A DNA stretch of 63,963 bases, counting the filler, from Choristocarpus tenellus KU-1152 (lineage: Eukaryota > Protista > Phaeophyceae): assembly GCA_964200185.2 (NCBI GenBank). It is 11 parts of 11 records of this genome, joined end to end, with 100 filler letters (N's around TTAATTAATTAA, not from the genome) between each part and the next. Parts side by side here need not be neighbours in the genome. Positions count along the whole stretch, not along the records: positions 19,013 to 25,784 come from CAXNAD020007383.1; positions 25,885 to 30,360 come from CAXNAD020014385.1; positions 30,461 to 37,557 come from CAXNAD020006704.1; 8 more parts are not named here. One strand, given 5' to 3'. Shown here piece by piece: positions 23,101 through 35,585 of this stretch; position 1 is the first letter of the stretch, and the number at the start of each line of letters is the position of its first letter. Made by a program: the position numbers and the translations under genes. The notes under the pieces were generated by a model that saw only the letters and a list, made by a program, of their open reading frames with translations, did not search any database and was not told where the DNA came from.

Positions 23101-25380
23101 GAAGGTCCTAGAAGACATGATAAACATCCAACTGTAGTAAGGTAAAGCTGTCCATTTCTTCTGTTTAGTTACCTAGTCTGACAACTATCCATCTTGGAAG
23201 CTTCCTTTGTAGTACAATGCCATTTGCTAAGGTCTGACAAGGGTACATTGCTACTGCTCGATCTAGGTGTTGGAGTGTTGACAAAAGGTACCCATGGTGG
23301 CAGTGGTGATGGTTGGGAGCATTGACCTTCTCTAAATGACAGTTCACTCTAGTGTTGTCTACAACATGTTGCTCCTAAAAATTATTTCGTATGGAAGCCC
23401 CACCATTATCCAAAAAGTCATATTGCGCACTTTTTCCTCTGGGGAAAATGCTATTAGAAGTTTGCATGACCTCAGTACCAGCACTGGTAGAATATTGCAC
23501 CCTCTGGGGTTTGCTGCGTTTAAGGTACCTTTGCCTGCCATGTTGAGCTGCGGTAAGCAATTTTCACAAAAATAGATGAGACCTGCACCTGTATCAAGGA
23601 GTAAGTACCTCGACAAGCATTCTCGAGTGGACTCTGTATGGGCGACATATCAGGGCATATGTCGATACTTGACTAGTACAATGGTTGGTGTCATGATGGA
23701 TATTATCGAGGTGGTAATGAAAGTCTTATGTCTATAGTTGGAATGACATGGATCGCTGAACTTCAGACTCCATGGCGCAACATCAAGACGACTCTGCAGC
23801 GTCCAAAACGGTTGGACTTCTCGCGAATAGTGGAGAAAGTTTCGAGTATTGCATTGCTGCTAGGTATCGGAGATTCGTTTCTATTAAGGCTACCATGGTA
23901 CGAGACTCTGCAGTGGATTGAGTAACCGGAGGTCCTCGGTGGGTTCCCGAACGGTATGAGTGGATTCCTCGGGGAACTAACGAGTGACATTACGTACACC
24001 TGCACTCGTCAGTTACAGACGTGAAGCAGTCTTGACTACAGGTATGATGAAAGCAAACTTGATGTGCCTTTAGCCATATGTCGACTTCATCTTGTGGAGG
24101 TAGAAGATGGAGGTAAGCCTTTGCCCAAATCGTGCCGACTTCTATCGTTCGCCCTGTCTGTGGCTAAAGCAAGTGGGGTCAAAGCACAGGCTGGGAAATG
24201 GATGTGACTGGTCGAATGGGCTTTAATGCCTTGCTTTTGGGGAACGAACGAGGTACTGTGTTTGCTGGGAATGGAAGAAGGCTCGGTATTTAAGGCTGCA
24301 CAGACAGCGGGTGAGGAGTTCTGGGTTAAACAGGTTGAAGCATCGGTGCAAGGGCTGCCAGTACACGATTGACAACCTCTCTGAATAAAAGTGAAGTTTG
24401 GCTTGATACCTATTCATGCATGGAAGTCCTGTTGTGGCGATATTATAGTCCCTGTTTCTGCCTGACGATCAGGGTTTCGACTGAGGCAGCGCAAGGGTGT
24501 GACATGCTAGCAAACAAGCGCATCTACCCTCTAACCAAATCAATGTAAATCTTCTCCTTGTACAATGCAGGTTTTGCTGCATTTTGATTGACTGGGATAA
24601 ATTGATCGTTTCGATTTGATAACTCTTTTATGAGATCATCAATAATCCGTTATGGTTTAATTCGATGGTTCACTATCTCGTTCCTCAAAGGATTACTCTG
24701 CGAAAATCCTAGTGAGTGAATTTGACTTCTAAACTGCTAAGAAAAAATACAACATACACTATTATAGAGAACAGAGGATAATTTGATAAGGGTAGGAAAG
24801 TTGGGCTCGTTGGTACAAATCAATGAGTTATTTTTCACCGATTTATCCCCCCCCAAACGAGCTTTACGCATATGAGGCATCCGCAAGTCTACCATATACG
24901 CTCGATAGTGGAAAACTAGGCTATGGCTGCAGCCTTCCGTGTCACACCTTTCTCTCTCCTTAAAAAAAATAAAAATAACACATGGCAACCTAACCCTAAC
25001 CACAATATTCGGCTGGCCATCCAAAAAGGGTGCATTCTCTCACCGAAATATGGACCACTCAGTTGCCATAACGTCGTCTCAACGGACCTGTAAGAGCTGT
25101 CCTTTGATGCGTGGGACGTCGATTGCAGATGAAGCACCTGAAAGGACCGCTGTCTGTCATTTTATGACTATAGGCGAGTGATGTGGCGAAAAGAGGCCAC
25201 TCGTTTTACGGCTAGAGAAGGGCGATACCCTCAGAGCCACAAAGCCCTCAGACCCATGAAGACGACGAACCCAACAAGAGAATCCCATAGGCGACGAAGG
25301 AAGACCACAAACCCAGGTGGAACAAGCAAGGAATCCTAAATGTTGAGGTGAACAGATGAGTATTCCCTCCAGTTTGAAGA

Positions 25381-25398
25381 GTCTCGGTAGGACCTCCA
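25381..25398 (-). promoter_or_regulatory. Primer-binding site complementary to the tRNA-Gln 3' end
   Basis: Minus strand TGGAGGTCCTACCGAGAC immediately inside the 5' LTR. The plus strand GTCTCGGTAGGACCTCCA resembles the eukaryotic tRNA-Gln 3' end including CCA. Confidence 0.8.
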
Positions 25399-25784
25399 TG
25401 TTACAGGTGCCCCTCAAAGGTCACCTCCACAGGATGTACAAGTCAAGTCCAATTCACAGATTAACGCATGTCAGCTCAGCAGAACATTAGTACTCTCAGG
25501 TGAATCAAGTAGCACAAGGAAAAGTGTATAAATGATATCAGAAAAAGAGAGTGAATACGGGGGCGCTCTCTGGATCAGAAGGACTGAGCCGTTTTGAGCC
25601 GTTTTGAGTCGTTTTTAGGATCTCTAATCATCATTTATCATTGGGGCTTATTATGGTTTACAAATATTGGAATATATCTGAGAACCCTTTACGACCTTTC
25701 CATCTGGGACCCTTTGCAACTACCCGAGTTACAGACTTTATTCTGCAACTTCTTGGCAATCGGAGTTCCCCCTTTTGGGGTTCC
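25399..25784 (-). repeat. 5' LTR (truncated by contig end)
   Basis: Direct repeat of 19715 to ~20105 with scattered substitutions and small indels. Confidence 0.92.
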
Positions 25785-27051
25785 NNNNNNNNNNNNNNNN
25801 NNNNNNNNNNNNNNNNNNNNNNNNNNNNTTAATTAATTAANNNNNNNNNNNNNNNNNNNNNNNNNNNNNNNNNNNNNNNNNNNNGGGGGGGATTGAGAGC
25901 CTTTTTTGCTCCTGCAGCACTAAAAAGTATGCTTCTCCCTTCCCTTATTTGTGTGTTTGAGATGGCCATCATACACACTAGTAAACACAAGTTACCTTCT
26001 TAGCCTTGAGAAGGATTTTGTATCCATCTTCAGGTCTGCAGGAGCAATTCGTTTATCTGATATTGATGGACTGAATGATTAGAGAGTGTTGACCTGAGTG
26101 TTGACCTTACTATGAGGTGTTTTTTCATAAAACTATATAATCTAAAACAATCAACTATGGTATTGTGTGGGTTGAATTCTCTCTTGGTATATTGGTCGCA
26201 CTCTCCATACCATATATTATTAGAATTATGCATACACTATTGGGGTGCTGTTATGAAGAGTAAACATAGATAGACAGTGAGTACACGCTCTGCTATCCAA
26301 CCTTCCTGCTTCTTGTTGACTTGGTTCAGGCGGAGTAAGACTTCATTTCCAGTTAATATGAAAAGAACCATGCCATTGTTCACAGTAGGGACTAGTGTTA
26401 AAATATTGAAAATCCTGTGTACCAAAGGTGGGTACAGCATAATGGTGGACTTGATTGACAAAGCATGTCAAATGTGCAGCTTTAAGTTAGTACCAACAGT
26501 AGTAGTATTAATACACAGTTTCCCAACAAGTGCATCTTTCTTGTTCATATATTATGTGAAAAGTAAATTGCATCATGAAACTTGTTACTACAGACTGGTC
26601 TGAATCACAATAATATATACACATACATACATATAATGAGATTAGCTCTTCTTGGCAAGTCAGTGTGCAGCATGCTTGCTTGTGTATGAGTATATTTCAT
26701 CTCTTTTGACAATGCTTAACATACAATACTCCTGCAGACTGTAGGTTCCTCTATTTTACTTGCTGGCTGCTATGAGAGAGGACTGACTGCCAAACAAAAA
26801 GACCTACATGTGCCCCACCTCCCCTCATTACCATTGGAGACTTGCTGTTGCTTGAGGCAACCTGGCGGCAAAAGGCAATACACCATAATACATTTCATAC
26901 AGATTTTGCTGAGAAAGCAAAAGGATACTCTCAAATTATCAATGCCAACATTCAATTGCAACAAGAATATTGAAAAATACATAACTTGCCTATCATGAGC
27001 ACACTGCAGTATAGTGGTAGCAGCAGCAACAAATCTTAAATAACCTAACTG

Positions 27052-27086
<35 letters not shown>

Positions 27087-28064
27087 ACAGCATGCAAAAA
27101 TGTCTGTGGGTACAGGGTGCATTTATTTTGGTGCATCTCTGGGAAACATAAAAGCGCTGCTTTCAACAAAAGGAACTCACATTAGTACTCTGGAGTATCT
27201 CACAACAGCTCTGTACAAGTAGCTTGTTAGAACAAAATAAACACCAACTTCATCCCTTACCAGTTGACTCTTCCATATGTGTGTAGACACCATCCACAAA
27301 AACAGAACTGATCCGTAACATCACTCCAACCACAAAGTCACCACTCTACTCACTCTGCCTGCATCATTCCTGTCTATTATTTCATTACTAGTTTGTGTCA
27401 CACGTGACAAAAACGAAGTCAAGACTTCCTATTTGGGTCACTAGAAAGAAAATATCAACCGTCTTGGAGTAGTATCACTTACGCCATCTATACCACAACT
27501 GCACCATAAGTGGTACCAAGGTACAACATCAAGAGGCCAAATAACTGCACTGAAACCATCAGTTCTGCTGACTATATTGTTGTATCATTAGCGCACCCCT
27601 GCATGTATTTAAAAAAAAGAACGAGATGACCTACATTACTTCAAGTCCTTACTACTGCTCATCTACTAGGTAGATCTCATATGAACGATGCCTTCACCCT
27701 AACACTAACCATATCCTAAACCACAACATGTCAGCCCAAGCACTCTACAACAGTAGGGCATATTTGATTGCCGCTTCCTGATGCCATACATCACCATACT
27801 GACATTTCTACTTGATGCTCCTGCCATGGCTGGAAATTCATCGCACCTATGGTCCGAAACCGTCTGTGTATTTGCACTCCCCTTCCATCATTAAATAAGC
27901 TGGTCTCCTCTCTACCCCCCTTCCTCCCCTCCCACCCCCCCCACCAAATAGTGTTCCTCTCTCCAGTACTACCAGAGCCACACTGGAAATATTGTGAGTC
28001 TCCCCGTCTGTATACCAGAACCCACCCTAACTCAAACTGTTTCACAACCTGTGTTACACAACCA

Positions 28065-28111
<47 letters not shown>

Positions 28112-28283
28112 CCCCCCCCCCCCTTTGTTACCCCCCCCCACCGGAAAACACCCCCCCCCACCCCCCTCCCCCNNNNNNNNNCCCCCGCCCCTCCAACCCC
28201 TCACCACCTCCCTCCCAACTACTGCCACCAGTCAGTTGGTACCTCCCTCCCTGAATCCCCTGCCATCCCAACCCCCCATATCC

Positions 28284-29179
28284 TCAGCACACACCTTCAA
28301 CCTTTTTAGCTGCCTCCAGCAGGTCTAAGAACGAAACCAAAGTTCCAAAAATGTGGGATGACTGACCCTCATTAGCGCCCTCCCCAAAGTACTCCCCGAC
28401 GTCCTTGCATCGTGCGACTGCCCTTTCCCCACACTCCCCCAAGACCTCAAGCTCCTTTGCACTAGCTTCCACAAAGGCCTCCAACTTTCTCCTGCCTGCC
28501 TCACCATTCCCTGCCACACTCAAACCATCTCCCACACCCTCCTTCTCAATACCACTACCTGCACCACTTCCCTTCCTCCCTCCTCTACCACACATCTCAA
28601 GTTGATCTTTACCCATAGACCTAAGCTCGGCCTTGACCTCCTTCAAGCCTCTCTCCAGCTGTCGTAGATCTTGGACAATTTCTGCCACAGTGACCTTTGA
28701 TGCGCTCCGAATATTCCCTAGTTCTGCCTCAAGATCCAGCGACTCGACCCTCGTCGCCGCCTTTTCCCTAACACTCCTTCCCCTACCTCCTCCCCCTCCC
28801 CCACTAGGTACTGAAGAGCGCCCAATTTTCACAGCACTACTTCTCCCACTCCTAGACACCAACGATTTCCTTCCCCCTTCCCCCCCAGCCCTATCTCCTG
28901 CACGGTGGCTACTGCCTCCAGCTTTAAAATCCCCTGCTCTCTCCAACCCTGTACCTGCTCTGCTTGGAGAGGCACACTTCTGCAGTTTCTCAGTCCCAAG
29001 ACGAGGTTTCCCAGACTCCTCCAATTCAGCAGAGGGCTCACCAGTCTGTGTCACCTTGGACGCAACACTTCTGACCATGTAGTGAAGGACAGAGGTCTTT
29101 TTATCAGAGTTTGATTTGGTATGACTGAGCTTGAGGAGGGATCCCAGCCGGAATCCGCAGGCATTGCCTTTATATGTGC
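28284..29179 (-). CDS. Formin, terminal exon encoding the C-terminal FH2 domain
   Basis: TGTAG acceptor at 29180, then GTYKGNACGFRLGSLLKLSHTKSNSDKKTSVLHYMV...ELGNIRSASKV...KLEAFVEASAKELEVL...VGEYFGE...HIFGTLVSFLDLLEAAK*. These are FH2 motifs (GFxLxSLxKL, T.LHY, YFGE). Confidence 0.92.
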
Positions 29180-30624
29180 CTACACAGACAACAAACAGGG
29201 TGGATACAGTTGGTTCAGCAGCCCAGTAAGGTAATCAAGGAACACGAGATGCAGGCCACATTACACATTACAAGCCTGAAGCAACTTTTGAGCTGACTAG
29301 GTTCCTCTTGTTGAAATTGATGAACCTTAATGATGGATTGGTGGGGATGCAGGACAAGCTCAGCTCCATGTTGAGCATAGCAGACACTCAGCTCCAGTAG
29401 TGGAAAATCCAAACTTTTGAAAAACAAGCATCGAGTGAGAAGGGTCAATCTATCATCATCATGTTATCACCACTAATTGGTCTTCACACAATTGCATAGG
29501 ATGATTCCTTCTACCATTTGGGTGATTAGGCTTACCCTGATTTGGATGCCTTGATCAATTTCAAATAACTCTGACCATGCTTCAGACCTACGCAGTTCTC
29601 AAGTGCAGCTTTTCTATCGACTTGGGTACTCCATGCCCTTTTAAAAATATGTTCCTAGAAGTTAAAATATTACACATCACTACCCACACATGTCTGGAGC
29701 AGATTGTGCACTGTGTGCGAGAAATAAGCTCACTCTGTCATCAAATTACATGTAATAACAATAACAAACATTGAAATTGTACAACAAAAAATATGACAAA
29801 GGGGCCAGCGAATCATACAAACACAAAAATGTTCTGTCCATAGGTCAATACACCACTGTCCCACCAAGCCACATCTTCCAGTTTCTCAGAAGTCAAGGCC
29901 ATTGGCAGACCTGTGGTTTCTTGACACCTTGACACTACAGGTGACACTTTCACACTCCAGGCATGTCCAGCACGGTGCACAATGGCTCGCCCCCCCGAGG
30001 AGGCTCACACTATGGTAGTTCCGAGCGGACCAGATGCAAGGCACTGTACTTAACAGCATCATCACACAGCAGTAATATGGAAGGCGTACTACACAATACT
30101 ATATTGACACCTGTGAGCATCATGACCCATCAACAACACAGCTACACCACGGGTGCTCATCACAGACACATTGTCATACCATAAATTTTGTTACCACACC
30201 ACAGTGCAACACAGAACACAATACAAACCCAAGAATGTTACAACTCATTTGCTCTACACACAGCACAGAACCATGGTCACAAGTCATTACAGCAAAAAAT
30301 GCTGGTCATCCCCATGCTCCAGGAATAATTGCCCACTGTACCAGCACCATGTCGACCCCCNNNNNNNNNNNNNNNNNNNNNNNNNNNNNNNNNNNNNNNN
30401 NNNNTTAATTAATTAANNNNNNNNNNNNNNNNNNNNNNNNNNNNNNNNNNNNNNNNNNNNCGGCGCCCCCCCACCTCTTCACCCCTTCCCCCCCCCCCCT
30501 CCTTCCCACCCACAACCCCCCCCCCCCCCCCCCCCCAGATACTTTGACCCTTTAAGTCACTAAAGTTAGTCTATGAAAAAATAATCAAATAACAAATAAA
30601 GTAGTTGTGATGTATCACACTTAC

Positions 30625-33600
30625 CTTAGCAAGGAGATGGAAGCATCACCCATGACACGGTTGAACCCAGCATGGAATCGACTGAACTGCCTGGATACTG
30701 AGTCCACCATCAGGAACCTTTGTTGTGTGGATTGGGTGAGAGGTGAGGTACACACATGCACAAAAAAGACACTAAAAATGCTTGAAATGTATTAAAGAGA
30801 AAAAATATAACAATAGCAATCCTTAGCTATTTTCAACACGCAGAATTAACCAATACAAAGCAATTAACAACAGGGTACAGTACGAAGTCTTGCTTCAAAC
30901 TTACCACTTATCATTTCAAAACTGTAGTTGTAGTTGAGGGTTATAGTCTCCAAGTATGTCGTGCATACAGTGTACGAAAAATAAAAATCAAGTCAAGACA
31001 GAGTATTCAAATCAAGACAAAGCACTTGGTCAAGAGAAAAACAAAAGACATATCCTGACCTGAACAACAAATGCATGATCATATTTAACCGTCAATAGGT
31101 TATCCATTTCAGACCGACCACTAATATATATACCTTGCAGAGTGTGGCAGGCACCCTAACCCTAAGCATGACAATAGCAAACAACACTCAGGCACAACTA
31201 TTAACACACCATTATTGAGACAAATTTGAGCAGAAAGTAAGCAACGACATCCTACCCGTACCTTTATAATGCAATTAATCAAATATGAAACAAGGTACAC
31301 CTATTGAGCAAATAAATGCTAGCTGAATACATACAGAGCAGCGACAGAAACAAATTCCGATACTGGATTGATCAGTGAAAAACATAGACTACTGCTAATA
31401 AAAATAAACTCCACTAAGATGTCATAAACTCATAATCTCAAAGATCTGCTGATGCCCTCCAACTTGCTGCCCGAGAAGCAAATGCAATGCTCAAAATATC
31501 AAAATGAGTGAATGGATCACTTGAGAAGGAATCATTTTCTCACCCAAACTCTCCATGGTATATACTGAGGATAATGATGGACACTCAACGTGTTAGCCGC
31601 TAGTCGGTTGGCCACAGAGATAGTCTACTACCACAGAGATAGTCTACTACCACAGAGATCGCCTACTACCACAGAGATAGTCTACTACCACAGAGATAGT
31701 CTACTACCACAGAGATCGTCTACTACCACAGAGATAGTCTACTACACACACACACACACACACACATGAGGGCACATTTGAAGCTTGATTACAGTGGAGT
31801 GGGATCAGTTTGACCTCCATGCTGGGATATCACACCCACACACCAAGGTGTACGTTGCCTTAACCAACATCAATAAATCAATATATCAACACATCAATGC
31901 ATGGGATGGGTGTGGCAGGACCAAAACCTTCTTCCCAGATGAGTCATCCATTCATATTTTTGTTAAGACTGAAAAATCACGATCGATATACTAAAAAAAA
32001 AAAAAGTTTAATTCCTACTCCTTTCATTAGCCTCTTCAAACTAAATCAAAATATCTGTTAAAAGAAAAAAAAAATTACAACAAACACTATGAATACACTA
32101 CAACGTACTTGGCATATAGCTCAATGTACTCCTCTTTATTGGCAGAGGTCACTGGCTGGTTTCCCCCCCCCTCCTTGAGGTCGTGTGATCGCTGAAACCC
32201 AAGATCATCCCAGGTTATCTTTCAAGTCATTTATTGGACCATTGCACAAGGGTAACAGAGGTGTGGGTGGGGTGAGTTGAATAGATCAAGACACACAAGA
32301 GTGGGGGGTCGAGACTGGTAACTCAGGCCAAGATTGCCTGCACTGCACTTAACTTGACCGTTGCAAGCTATGGGAACATGGAATGTAACTTCTATAATGA
32401 TACTACACCAGGAAGTTATGTAAAATTGATTACTCAAAATGCCGAGAGGCACTGGTGTTGAGGAGGGCTCTCTCTAACTTAGTCAATCGAAGACGCCTTC
32501 CTAGATCACCACATTAGTGACACCAAGGTTAATATAAAGGACAAACGATTTGAGTGGCAGATGTATACTATTATTGGCTAAATCAGTCACACAGGAAATT
32601 TCATTGGTTCAAATGGTTCTTTGAAAATAAGTCGAAATTCAGACCCATAATAGGGCAATGCCACGTAACAGGTAACAATGATATTGTACTGGACAACCCA
32701 TTTACTGGTAGGTATCAACTGACATTCTGGGGTCTTGCGGGCAAAACAGTAATGTCAACAGAAATAATAAAAACAACCAGTAAAAGGGTTCTAATGATGG
32801 TATATAATGATAGTATAAAATGACAGTAATAATGGCAGTAATAATGGCAGTAATAATGACAGCAATAAGAGCAATGACTAAAACGGATACTCTGAGTACC
32901 ACCAAGAACCCACCTGAAACGTGAGGGAGAATACATCTTCTACATCATCCTCATCGTAGTCTCTCAATTGCTGCAAACCCCGCATCAACTCTGGATCAAG
33001 ATCAGACATATCCTGGCAGAGAGCATGTGATCGTAATGGTGGCAATGGTGGTTGAAAAGGTCGGCAAAGGGGATGGTCCGATCAGGGAGAGGGTAAAAGA
33101 GCTCAGGCCACTCAAGCGAAACATCCATACATAAATATATACATACATACATATATACATGCATATATACATGCATATATACATACATATATATATACAT
33201 ATATACATACATATATACATACAAAAATCTCATGAAAACACTAGAGACCATTATAATAAAAGGGAAAAAAACAAACACCAATAGTGTGAACATTCCATTC
33301 CAGCGACAGTACCAGAGTGCTCAAAGGTCTGCATGACCCTGATCATACAAATCTGAAAAAAACGGAGTAACCTTAGTACTGTTGACCTAATACGGGCTGC
33401 TTCTCCTATCCTTACATGGCCATGTGTTGGATGGCACCAACATTGAATATCATGTCTGTGTGTGTTTGCAAAAACAAATGTGCTTTTCTAATGGAAAATT
33501 ATTGTACAGCGATATGTCTGTGTTTACCAGTCCATACATAGCATTAAAAAAACTACAAAGAAAACACATTTCAACTATTGTTCGGCAATAACAAATACGG

Positions 33601-33856
33601 TAGCAGAGATGAACCCAATCACAAGTAGGGTTAGGGTAGTATAGATGAACCCAATCACAAGTAGGGTTAGGGCAGTATAGATGAACCCAATCACAAGTAG
33701 GGTTAGGGTTAGGCTGTAACACACTCTTGCCATTTGTTTCGTTTTTTAACACCTTGAAGAAACAAATAAGGGTTAGGGTTCAGTACACTGTCTACATGCA
33801 CACAATCTCCTCTTTATTGCTCTACGGTTATCTGGTAGAACATCAAAAGTGTGTTC

Positions 33857-33901
<45 letters not shown>

Positions 33902-34854
33902 CAACAACAGCTCCTGTACAATGGTGCCATCCTGCCACTGTAGATGCTAAGCACACAACCAATACCGCCTAAATGCAAAATCATGAGCAGACACACAACC
34001 TATACTCATATACATACATAAAACACACACACATACGCAAATGTCCCCACCTGGAGGCTAAGGTCTTGCCCGAGAACTTTCCGGAAGACAGCCAGCGGAA
34101 ACGGAACATCCAGAATAATCCCAGAGTACACAGCCAGACCCACCAGGAGCCCAACTAGGCCGTACTCTTCATCAGCCCAATCACAGTCCTTGTTAAACCA
34201 CAGGAGCCTGCCTCCTACCCCAGCAGGTACAAACATCCCAAACAATCTATCAAACAGCTGCCAACCCAACACAGCACAAAACAAGACACAAAGGCACAAA
34301 AGGAAGGCAAGCAAGGAAAAAGGGTTAGGGTTACAGGCACATCTTAAACAACAGCAGCATCATCTATCTTCGTTTTATTATTTTGTGCAACATTGTAATA
34401 TGTAATAATAAAAAGTAATGTTATGTAAACACTCTTTACTTACAATCTATACAAAAACTACTATTGAAATGTATGTAACTCTGAGCACTACACAGGCCAA
34501 GCAAGTTAACAGTAGAGTCACCAATAAAAACGCCTCTGATACACACACACAAAATGGAAAATAAAATGGAAATAAATACGAAAATTGTGTCCAATGAGTC
34601 CCTGATGAGGTTATGGATACAGTATGAAACTTACTGGGAATTTCCTTCACATGTATGGCTTCCATCTTATTATTATTACCAATTTTAAATCAGGGTATTA
34701 CAATACACAACTACTTCGAAGAATGAATGTAAATCTTGCCTTCAGTTTGACACAACACCACCCTCACTTTCCCATACCATTCAAACGTCCTTATCTATAA
34801 AAAAAAGTAAAAACAATAGTAAAATAATACCAAACTATAACAATGGCAATAGTA

Positions 34855-34891
<37 letters not shown>

Positions 34892-35545
34892 GCATCCCTT
34901 GTGTGCACCTCCAGGTTTTACAACTCCCCCTTTTCATCTACTATTATAGATCAGTCAATTCACTCTTCTGTGTAGCAGCAGGACAAGGTATGCTGCAGTG
35001 GGATTACGCACCCTATTGGCTCAATATAAAAAATAAAAAATGTGACTTTAGCAATTGCTATGTTATAAATACCATTGATAGTCTACAACAATACTATTAG
35101 TGAATAGCACACACTGACCTTACTATTACTACCATCTTCATTTTTACCACTGTCAAAACTTGCCATGACTCCCCCCCCAAAACTCTTCAACATCCCCTCC
35201 AAGATCACCCTAACCCTAATCCTAACCTTGGTGGTGAGCAGCTGAAAGAACTCCTTGGCAACGCCTCCCTCATCTACACCCTCTTCCCCACTGAACACCA
35301 CCTTGAGGCGTTTCCGCAAGTCTCTGTCCGGCACTTGGGAGACCTGAAACAAAAAGGATAAAAAAATAAATAATATGAACATATACGTACATGTAAGTTT
35401 TTTTTGTCTTAAATGTTTCATCAAAATATAATAAATGTATTAAGTGAAGTGATGACTGATGTAAGTTGGTACAAATAGGTGACTCCAGATGTGCACCAGT
35501 GGGGTAGGATATTATTATATTTTTTATACAATAGAGCATACAAAC

Positions 35546-35585
<40 letters not shown>

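Larger units (their letters stand above)
19715..25784 (-). mobile_element. Non-autonomous Gypsy-like LTR retrotransposon (decayed gag + aspartic protease; no RT/RNaseH/integrase recognised)
   Basis: Two similar LTRs (19715-20122; 25399-25784, truncated by the contig end). PBS at 25381-25398, PPT at ~20123-20132. Protease YLLLDTGAG...LPYEIIFRSNML at 23616-23359; gag-like remnant at ~23900-24750. Confidence 0.85.

Noticed and set aside
25381-25398. tRNA-Gln gene
   Set aside because: Only the 3'-terminal 18 nt including CCA are present, directly next to an LTR, so this is a primer-binding site.
25885-27800. Possible small minus-strand exons (e.g. ~26033-25995, ~26350-26280)
   Set aside because: Splice-like boundaries exist, but I could not build a consistent frame or recognise a protein.
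27849-28328. Poly-proline ORF as the formin FH1 domain
   Set aside because: It is on the opposite strand, downstream of the formin stop, and comes from a C homopolymer with an N gap.
31612-31745. CRISPR-like arrays (also 37668-37925, 52077-52217, 56376-56620)
   Set aside because: These are head-to-tail tandem units without unique spacers, with no cas genes, in a eukaryotic context.
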